From the NCBI GenBank assembly GCA_036229005.1, contig JAZAMN010000049.1, forward strand, positions 86,447-150,446: 64,000 bases of DNA. Reading direction: 5' to 3'. Positions 57,260 through 64,000 of this stretch are shown here, piece by piece (within the stretch, counting starts at the first letter, position 1; each line of letters begins with the position of its first letter). This DNA is from Myxococcota bacterium. GTDB taxonomy: Bacteria; Myxococcota_A; UBA796; CAJQPC01. The translations under genes were made by a program, and so were the position numbers. The notes beneath the pieces were generated by a model, which saw nothing but the letters and a program-made list of their open reading frames with translations, did no database searches and was not told where the DNA came from.

Positions 57260-59605
57260 CTAGCCCCCCGCCCTGCCCAGATCAAGCAGTGTCTGCCGGG
57301 CCAGCAGATCGGCACTCTCCTGTTGCAGAGCCTTCTGCGCGGTCGCCCTCGCGGCGTCGAGCTCCCCCGCCGCCAGAAGCGCCGCCGCAGCGTGTCCCCG
57401 CAAGCCCTGACCGCCCGGCGCCAGCGCGATCGCCCGCTCCAGATCCGCCCGCGCCCCCGCGGCATCCCGCAAGCGCGCCAGCGTCGTCCCGCGAGCCAGC
57501 AGCAGAGAGGCCACCGCCGCCTGCTGCCCCACGGCCTGATCCAGCAGCCCCCGCGCGCTCGAAGGCCGCCCCATCTCCAGGTAGACCCGCGCCTGCCAAT
57601 ACAGCGCTCCGATGCGGCTGTTGTCCTGCTTGAGCTGCTCCCCCAGCGCCGCCGTTGCCCGGTCGCAGCCCCCCTTTCCGCTCACGCACGCCTGCGCCAG
57701 GACCACCCCCAGCCCCTGCTGTGCCGCCTGCTGCCGCGGATCCCCGATGGGCACGCGCTCAAGGTCCGCCGCCAGCGTCGCGCTCTGGGCCAGCGCCGCC
57801 GGATAGCGTAGATCCCGCACCCGCTCGGCCTCCGGGAGCGCCTTCCAGAGCCCGTCCAGCAGCTCCAGCGCCGCCGGGAGGTTCCCCGCCTCCACCTGCA
57901 CGCCCGCCAGCGCGACCTGCGCCTCGATCCACTGCGGACGGCTCTCCAGGGCCCCCTTCAGCGAGTCCTCGGCTTCCCGCAGCCTGCCCATCCGGCGCTG
58001 CAGATCCGCCAGGTGGAAGTGGAGGATCGCCCGCTCCGAGGCTGGGATCCCCACCTCCTCGACCTGGGAGAGCGCCCCCACCGCATTCGACACCTCTCCA
58101 TCGGCGAGGTGCGACTGGGCCAGCGCCAGCGCGGCCGCCGGGCTCCCTGGGACCAGCTCCAGCGCCCGCTCCGCGTGGCCCTGGGCGACCGAGGCCTTGC
58201 CCCCCTCCAGCGCCGCCCGGGCGCCCAGGATCCGGGCCTCCGCCTCCTGCTCACTCCCCGCCTCCAGCAGCGGCGCGAGCGTCTTGAGGGCCTCCGCGTT
58301 GCGGCCGGCCCCAAGCTGCAGGCGCGCGCTGTCCAGCCGGAGCGCCGCGTCTCCCGGCGTGGCCGCCAGCGCCCTCCGTGCCGGGCCCAGGCCCTCCTTG
58401 TAGCGACCGCAGGCCAGGTAGGTCCGGGCCAGCGAGCCCTGCGCGCCGGCGTGCTTGGGGTGGGCGCGGGTGTAGGCCAGCAGCAGCGGCAGCGCCTGAT
58501 CGTAGCGCTGGGCCTCCAGGGCCGCGATGGCCATCCCAAGCTTCACCGCCGGCGCGTCCCCCAGCAGCTCCTGGGCCCGCTCCAGTGCCGCCTGCGCTTG
58601 CGCGTGCTCCCCCAGCCGCGACTGCGCGCGGCCCAACATCCAGTGGCAGATGCCGTCCTCTGCATCCAGCTCCAGACACGCCTGCGCGTGCTCCTGGGCC
58701 TCCTGGAAGGCGCCGGCGTCCAGGGCCATGCCCGCCTTGACCCGCCGGATGGACGCACTGTCCGAGCCCAGCGCGGCCGCGCGGTCCAACATCTGGGGGG
58801 CCCGCCCCCGGGCCTCGGCGCTGGGGGAGCCGGCGTAGGCCAGCGCCAGCGCAGAGACCGCCTCGGGAGACTCCGGCGCCTGGGAGACCGCCTGCTCAAG
58901 GCTGCTCTGAGCCTGGGCCAGCCCCTCCTCGCTGCCATCCAGGATGCCCTCCCAGCCGGCCACGAGTTGGTCCTGGAGCGAGTCGGTGGGGACCGGCCAG
59001 CGCGCGTGGATCTCCTCCACCAGCTCCTGCGCCGGGAGCCCCTGAGCCTCCGCCAGCGCCGCCGCGGCGACCTCTTCGTCCAGCGCCATGCGCGTGGTCA
59101 GCACCGCGTCGGCGGCGACCCCCTGCCCGGCGGCGCCCAGGTCGCTGACGTCCTGCCAGCGCAGGTAGAGCACCCCCGAGGCGCCGGCGACCACGAACAC
59201 GCTCAAGGCCCCCAGCATGAAGCGACTGACGTAGCGGACCCGCTCCGAGCGCGTCCGGGCCGCCTGCTCCTGCGCCCGCTTGTCCAGCGCCGCCTGGAGC
59301 TTCTGGTTGCGGGGATCCCCAGGCACGAAGAACCCGGAGAACCAGGGGTGTTGGTCCAGGCGCTTCCAGGGCCCGTCTTCCTCTCGGACCCGGTCCTCAG
59401 CGCCCAGCAGGCCGCGCTCGAGCTGCTCCTCCAGCGCCTCCCGACTGAGCGGCCCCTGCTCGGAGGCCCCCACGCGGCGGACATAGAGCTGCGAGGTCGC
59501 GGCGGTGTCGTGGCGGGCCCTGCAGCGGCCGCAGATCGCCATCTCACCGGGCTCGACGGGAGAGTCGACCTCACGGCCACAGGAGAAACAGTAGACCTCA
59601 TCCAT
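57260..59605 (-). CDS. Bitopic membrane protein: Zn-ribbon + GYF_2-like cytoplasmic domains, TM, long periplasmic TPR array
   Basis: CFSC..CGRC; GPLSREAL...LERG.L...D.V......W; TM FMLGALSVFVVAGASGVLYL; many TPR-like repeats; start ATG 59605 after GAGAGG. Confidence 0.75.
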   Translation of the reverse strand: MDEVYCFSCGREVDSPVEPGEMAICGRCRARHDTAATSQLYVRRVGASEQGPLSREALEEQLERGLLGAEDRVREEDGPWKRLDQHPWFSGFFVPGDPRNQKLQAALDKRAQEQAARTRSERVRYVSRFMLGALSVFVVAGASGVLYLRWQDVSDLGAAGQGVAADAVLTTRMALDEEVAAAALAEAQGLPAQELVEEIHARWPVPTDSLQDQLVAGWEGILDGSEEGLAQAQSSLEQAVSQAPESPEAVSALALAYAGSPSAEARGRAPQMLDRAAALGSDSASIRRVKAGMALDAGAFQEAQEHAQACLELDAEDGICHWMLGRAQSRLGEHAQAQAALERAQELLGDAPAVKLGMAIAALEAQRYDQALPLLLAYTRAHPKHAGAQGSLARTYLACGRYKEGLGPARRALAATPGDAALRLDSARLQLGAGRNAEALKTLAPLLEAGSEQEAEARILGARAALEGGKASVAQGHAERALELVPGSPAAALALAQSHLADGEVSNAVGALSQVEEVGIPASERAILHFHLADLQRRMGRLREAEDSLKGALESRPQWIEAQVALAGVQVEAGNLPAALELLDGLWKALPEAERVRDLRYPAALAQSATLAADLERVPIGDPRQQAAQQGLGVVLAQACVSGKGGCDRATAALGEQLKQDNSRIGALYWQARVYLEMGRPSSARGLLDQAVGQQAAVASLLLARGTTLARLRDAAGARADLERAIALAPGGQGLRGHAAAALLAAGELDAARATAQKALQQESADLLARQTLLDLGRAGG

Positions 59606-59758
59606 CGCAGCGCCTCTCAACTGTGACCATTGTACGACCTTCCCGGCTGCGCGGACCTGAACCCCCGGCATCCTGTCGCAGCGCAGCCCCCCGGGGGAGA
59701 GGATCGGTTAGCCTGGGCGATGGAGCCCTTGACAGGGCAACAAACCGGAGAAAGCACC

Positions 59759-60205
59759 ATGCGCAAGATTTTGATTGGAGCGGCCGCCATCGCCAGCCTC
59801 GTGGCTTGCAGCGGTGGCGAGCCCGCCGAGAAGCCCGAGCCCGCAGCCGCCGAGGAGAAGGCTCCCGCAGCCGCCGAGGCCCCCGCGGTCGAGGAGAAGC
59901 CCGCAGAGGAGGCCGCCGCCTTCGACGCCAAGGCCGAGTTCGAGAAGACCTGCTCCACCTGCCACGGCACCGAGGGCAAGGGTGACGGCCCCGCAGGCGG
60001 CGCTCTGAACCCCAAGCCCGCCGCCTTCGCCGACGCCGCCTTCTGGGCCGACCGCGACGACGCCAGCATCAACAAGGCGATCAAGGAGGGCGGCGCCGCT
60101 GTCGGCAAGTCCCCCCTGATGGCGCCCTACGGTGGCATGTACAACGACGAGCAGATCGCCGAGATCTCCAAGTACATCATCGAGACCTGGAAGCCCAAGT
60201 CCTGA
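59759..60205 (+). CDS. Monoheme cytochrome c lipoprotein
   Basis: GGAG SD; MRKILIGAAAIASLVAC; Ala/Glu/Pro linker; CSTCHG..GKGDGP; IKEGG.AVGKSPLMAPY. Confidence 0.93.
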   Translation: MRKILIGAAAIASLVACSGGEPAEKPEPAAAEEKAPAAAEAPAVEEKPAEEAAAFDAKAEFEKTCSTCHGTEGKGDGPAGGALNPKPAAFADAAFWADRDDASINKAIKEGGAAVGKSPLMAPYGGMYNDEQIAEISKYIIETWKPKS

Positions 60206-60228
60206 GCCCAGGTCCTTGTTTCCACAGA

Positions 60229-60251
60229 CACCCCGGCCCCGCGCCGGGGTG
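60229..60251 (+). terminator. Possible terminator hairpin after the cytochrome c gene
   Basis: CACCCCGGC-CCCGC-GCCGGGGTG 9-bp stem; weak T-tract. Confidence 0.4.
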
Positions 60252-60280
60252 CTCTGCTCTGGGGGTGTAGACTGGCCCCC

Positions 60281-60844
60281 ATGCTGATTCTTCTCTCCCT
60301 CGGCTGCCTGTTCGCTCGGCAGGAGCAGTGCGACAAGGCCACCGCCCAGACCCTCCACGACTGGGAGGAGGTCGCCGGCTACTACACCCGCATGGGCGCC
60401 CTCAAGGAGCAGCGGGTGACCGAAGCCCAGGCCCAGCTCGACGCCGCCACCGCCCAGCGCGAGCAGGCCGAGCGCCGCCGCCGCAGCGTCTCCAGCAAGC
60501 GCAGCACGGGGCTGGTGGACCTCCGGGACGGCACCGAGCGCGTGGACGCCAGCGTCAGCAAGGAGCTCGCCCCCCTCCAGGCCCGCGCCCGCCGCGCTCG
60601 GGAAGAGGGCGCCGACGCCGAGGCCGAGGCTGCGCTCGAGCTGCTGGAGGTGCAGACCGAGCACCAGACGCTGAGCACCAACGCCGCCTTGGCCGAGGCC
60701 GTGGTTCAGGCCCTCCGCAGCGGTCCCCTGTCCGAGGCCTTGACCCTGGCCAACAGCACCGCCCCAAAGCTCAGCGACACCGAGCTCACCGGCATCGCGC
60801 TCCAGTCCCAGGCCCTCGCCCAGGAGGCCTGCGAGGGTCTCTGA
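60281..60844 (+). CDS. Hypothetical coiled-coil (lipo)protein
   Basis: MLILLSLGC; helical Ala/Glu/Arg-rich; Cys near both termini; TAGACT box 7 nt upstream. Confidence 0.65.
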   Translation: MLILLSLGCLFARQEQCDKATAQTLHDWEEVAGYYTRMGALKEQRVTEAQAQLDAATAQREQAERRRRSVSSKRSTGLVDLRDGTERVDASVSKELAPLQARARRAREEGADAEAEAALELLEVQTEHQTLSTNAALAEAVVQALRSGPLSEALTLANSTAPKLSDTELTGIALQSQALAQEACEGL

Positions 60845-60850
60845 GCCCCC

Positions 60851-62299
60851 TCACAGCAGCCAGAGCACCTGCTCCACCAGCGTGACCTCTGTGGCGAGGG
60901 CCGAGTCTGTCCTCGCTTGGGCCTGCCAGTCGCGCAGGGCCTGGTGGGCCCCGGGGTCCAGGGGGTGTTCCAAGGCGTGCGAGAGCAGCAGCACCTCCTC
61001 GACCAGCAGCCGTCCCCGGACCAGCCCCGGACTGACCCGCTCGGGGGACTGCACGGGCAGCGTGATCTCCTGAGCCCGCACCGGCCCCTCCACCGGCTCG
61101 TAGCTCAGCCCGACGGTCCCCAGGGCGCTCCCCACCTGCAGCTCCGCCGGCGGGCCCCAGCTCAGGGTCTCCCGCGCAAAGCCCAGGTAGATCGCACCAC
61201 CCTCCCGACTCGGAAAGAGGGTCGGCACCTGCATGCGCGCGATCCCCTGCTGGTCCCAGGTCAGCGCCGCGCCGGGCACCCCGTAGACGCCCGCCAGCCG
61301 CCAGCCGCTCGCCGGCCGGATCTCCAGGCTCAGGTCGTAGGCCAGGGGCGTGATCAAGAAGTCCAGCTCTTCGCCCAGGCGGTCGACCAGCTCGGTCGGG
61401 TCCCGCACGTGCAGGCTGTTTCCCCCCCGCACCGCGGAGACCTGGGCGGCCAGCTCGGGCGCGCCCTCCCCCACCCCCAGCCAGGTCAGCCCGACCTCCC
61501 CCCCGGCGGCGATCTCGGCCAGGTGCACGAAGGCCTCCGCCTGAACCGGTCCCTGGCTGGGCCGCTGGTCGGAGACCACCACCACCCGGCTCATCCGCCC
61601 CGGACGGCGCCCCTTGGACGCGTGCACCAGCGCCGCCTCCACCCCTTGATGCAGCGGCGTCCAGCCCCCCGCCCCCGGGATCTGATCCAGCGCCGCATGC
61701 CACGCCGCATCGTCCCCCGGCGCCAGGTCCTGCCCCACCAGCTCCGCGCCCCCCGGCCTGAGCACCAGCACGCTCACCCGGTCCTCCGGCTGCAGGCGCA
61801 CCGCCAGCGCGATGACCGCCAGCCGCGCCATCTCCAGCGGCAGGCCCGCCATGGACCCGCTCGCGTCCAGCAGCACCACCAGGTCCACCGGAGGCCGCTG
61901 GAAGGCGTCCGCTCGGATGTTCGTCGCGAACCCGAGCTGCGCGAAGGCCTCCACGTCCGGCGCCCCCGCCACCGCCATCTCCGCCGTCTCCCCGATCACG
62001 CAGAGCAGCTCGGGGCAAGGTGCCGTCTGTCTCGGGGGCAGGTCGTGCTCCGACAGCAACCCCTCCATCAGCAACGCCTCGGCGCTGGGCAGCACCCCCG
62101 AGGACACCTGTGCGCGGAAGGCCCCCATGTCCTGCGCCCCACCGGCGGTCGCGGACAGCATCTCCCCGGCCTGGGCCCGCATCTTGGGCGCCGGCGCCGC
62201 GTTGCCGATGTAGCCCAGCGACTCCAGCCCCATCTCGAAGTCCATCTCCTCCTCGTCGTCGTCGCTCTGGGCAAAGAGCAGCGGCAGCATCCAGATCAC
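60851..62299 (-). CDS. VWA-domain protein (YfbK-like)
   Basis: RPPVDLVVLLDASGSM (MIDAS), GWTPLHQG, RVVVVSD, GVG. Start GTG 62299 or ATG 62290 after GGAGG. Confidence 0.82.
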   Translation of the reverse strand: MIWMLPLLFAQSDDDEEEMDFEMGLESLGYIGNAAPAPKMRAQAGEMLSATAGGAQDMGAFRAQVSSGVLPSAEALLMEGLLSEHDLPPRQTAPCPELLCVIGETAEMAVAGAPDVEAFAQLGFATNIRADAFQRPPVDLVVLLDASGSMAGLPLEMARLAVIALAVRLQPEDRVSVLVLRPGGAELVGQDLAPGDDAAWHAALDQIPGAGGWTPLHQGVEAALVHASKGRRPGRMSRVVVVSDQRPSQGPVQAEAFVHLAEIAAGGEVGLTWLGVGEGAPELAAQVSAVRGGNSLHVRDPTELVDRLGEELDFLITPLAYDLSLEIRPASGWRLAGVYGVPGAALTWDQQGIARMQVPTLFPSREGGAIYLGFARETLSWGPPAELQVGSALGTVGLSYEPVEGPVRAQEITLPVQSPERVSPGLVRGRLLVEEVLLLSHALEHPLDPGAHQALRDWQAQARTDSALATEVTLVEQVLWLL

Positions 62300-62387
62300 C
62301 ACAACCTCCGGGGCTTCTCCCCCACAACGTGCCCCAGGCCGACCGGCTTGCACCCCTTCAAGTTCGTGCAGGGTTACCCTCCCTTCC

Positions 62388-63863
62388 GTGAAAGACCTCC
62401 TCCACGCCGCATTCCACCGCCCCCAGACCCGGGCCTACCGCGTCACCGAGGCGGTCATCGGCGTGCTGATCGTGCTCTCCGTCGCCCTCTTCGGCGTGGA
62501 CCTGTGGCTGGGCCTGCCCGACTGGCAGCTCCTGACCTGGCTGGACCGCCTGCTGCTCTCCATCTTCGGGCTGGAGATCCTGCTGCGCGTGGCCACCTAC
62601 CGCCACCCCGAGCTGGGCGTCTTCAAGCACAGCCCCGCCCAGCGCCTGCGCCTGCACTTCTGGGGCCGCGTCCAGTACTGCCTGCGCCCCATGACCCTGA
62701 TCGACATCCTGACGGTCATGGCCTTCTTCCCGGCCCTGCGCGGCCTGCGCGCCCTCCGCCTGCTGCGCCTGCTGCGCCTGCCCCGCCTGGTCAACGCCCC
62801 CCTCAAGGGCGCCATCCGCGCCTTCGAAGACAACCTCCTCCTCTTCACCGGCGTCTTCACCGTCCTCTTCTCGCTGGTGGGCCTGGGCGGCCTGTCCCTG
62901 TGGCTGGTCGAGAAGGACCTCAACGACGGCATCAACACCCTGGCCGACGGCCTGTGGTGGGCCCTGGTGACCATCACCACCGTCGGCTACGGCGACATCT
63001 CCCCCGAGACCCTCACCGGACGCGCCGTCGCGGGCGTCCTCATGGTGGGCGGCATGGTGACCGCCGCGCTGTTCGCCGGTGTGGTCGTCAACAGCCTCAT
63101 GAACGCCGTGCTCTCCATCCGCGAGGAGCAGTTCCGCATGTCCAAGAACGTCTCCCACATCGTCGTCTGCGGCTACGAGCAGGGCAGCGCCATGCTGCTC
63201 GAGGCCCTGCTCGCCGAGATCGACCCCCACGAGCACGAGATGGTGCTCTTTGGCCGCGGCGAGCGCCCCGCGGACGTGCCCCCCGAGTTCGCCTGGGTGC
63301 AGGGCGACCCCTCCAAGGAGTCCGAGCTCGACAAGGCGCGCATCACCCACGCCCACGCCGTCATCGTCGCTGGAACGAGGAGGAGCAGCCCGCAGGAAGC
63401 GGATGCGATCACCATCCTCACCATCTTCACCATCCGCCGCTTCATGAAGGCGGCCCGGCTCGAGCGCACCCAGCCGCTCTATGTCGTCGCCGAGATCCTG
63501 GACTCCGAGAACGTCGAGCACGCCCGGGCCGCTGGCGCAGACGAGGTCATCGAGTCCACGCGCGTGGGCTACTCCCTGCTGACCCACGCCGTCTCCGTCC
63601 CCGGCACCGCGCACCTGCTCTCGGAGGTCGTCGCCACCGGCTCCCACTCCATGTTCGTGGGCCGCGTGCCCACCGACCTGGAGCTGCCCACGACCTACGG
63701 CAAGGTCGCCACCACCGCCAAGGCGCGCACCGGCGTCCTGGTCGTCGGTCTGCGCGACACCCGCAGCGGCAGCGACCGCATCAACCCCCCGGACGACTTC
63801 AAGGTGGAGCGCCACCACGCCCTGATCTACCTGGGCGAGAGCGAGGCTCTGGACCCCGTCTAG
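62388..63863 (+). CDS. Voltage-gated-type potassium channel with a C-terminal RCK/TrkA-N domain
   Basis: S4 LRGLRALRLLRLLRLPR; pore WWALVTITTVGYGD; RCK HIVVCGY, GDPSKESEL. Confidence 0.93.
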   Translation: MKDLLHAAFHRPQTRAYRVTEAVIGVLIVLSVALFGVDLWLGLPDWQLLTWLDRLLLSIFGLEILLRVATYRHPELGVFKHSPAQRLRLHFWGRVQYCLRPMTLIDILTVMAFFPALRGLRALRLLRLLRLPRLVNAPLKGAIRAFEDNLLLFTGVFTVLFSLVGLGGLSLWLVEKDLNDGINTLADGLWWALVTITTVGYGDISPETLTGRAVAGVLMVGGMVTAALFAGVVVNSLMNAVLSIREEQFRMSKNVSHIVVCGYEQGSAMLLEALLAEIDPHEHEMVLFGRGERPADVPPEFAWVQGDPSKESELDKARITHAHAVIVAGTRRSSPQEADAITILTIFTIRRFMKAARLERTQPLYVVAEILDSENVEHARAAGADEVIESTRVGYSLLTHAVSVPGTAHLLSEVVATGSHSMFVGRVPTDLELPTTYGKVATTAKARTGVLVVGLRDTRSGSDRINPPDDFKVERHHALIYLGESEALDPV

Positions 63864-64000
63864 TAGCTGTTCACAGGGAAAGTGACCGACCTCAATCGGC
63901 TCGAATGATGGGACATGGAGGAAGCTCGCTCAGATCTGGGTAGTGCCTGGCGAACTTCTCGCGAGCCATCTCGACGTTGAACATCCAGCGAACGGTGGCG
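63861..64000 (-). mobile_element. Right end of an IS630-like insertion sequence (transposase C-terminus 63892-64000, partial)
   Basis: Minus-strand frame reads ..ATVRWMFNVEMAREKFARHYPDLSELPPCPIIRAD*, resembling the IS630-family C-terminal W.F....AR.K....YP motif. It ends about 30 nt later at ..CTACTAG on a CTAG/TA site, and GC drops here. Confidence 0.65.

Noticed and set aside
59729..59758. ACAGGGCAACAAACC...GAAAG upstream of the cytochrome c gene, reminiscent of a c-di-GMP-I riboswitch
   Set aside because: No GNRA-capped P2 stem or P3 stem can be formed, and the segment runs straight into the SD and start codon

Overview
GC-rich (roughly 70% by eye) bacterial chromosomal window whose gene content points to Myxococcota: type IVa pilus genes, a TIGR02266-like PilZ protein, Glt/Cgl-like gliding proteins and many Cys-rich lipoproteins. 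From left to right it holds pilQ (partial)-pilP-pilO-pilN-pilM; a membrane spermidine-synthase-like/TPR fusion; a fimU-pilV-pilW-pilX-pilY1 minor-pilin operon with a visible sigma54 promoter and palindromic upstream site, next to an orphan sigma54 response regulator; a GT4-YbjN-GT4-beta-helix-HEAT operon; a compact cglB-like/beta-barrel/gltC-like gliding module; a DUF1501/heme-c operon; SRPBCC and M16 peptidase genes; hemW-grpE-dnaK-dnaJ-lpoA-like-thiL-2xCNNM; an array of five Bor/Iss-like lipoproteins of two alternating types; an LVIVD-propeller plus di-heme peroxidase-like pair; an FG-GAP protein with a highly structured upstream region; tsaC-purE-purD; a Zn-ribbon/GYF/TPR membrane protein; a cytochrome c; a VWA protein; and a voltage-gated K+ channel whose stop codon abuts the end of an IS630-like element. 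The most unusual signals are (1) many lipoproteins with ultra-short signal peptides (Cys at position 8-12, no basic n-region), (2) the Bor-like A/B array, (3) TANNNT boxes 6-7 nt upstream of SD-less start codons, suggesting leaderless mRNAs, and (4) the sigma54 enhancer architecture of the pilus-tip operon. No rRNA, tRNA or CRISPR array was seen. All family calls come from motif recognition by eye; no database searches were run.
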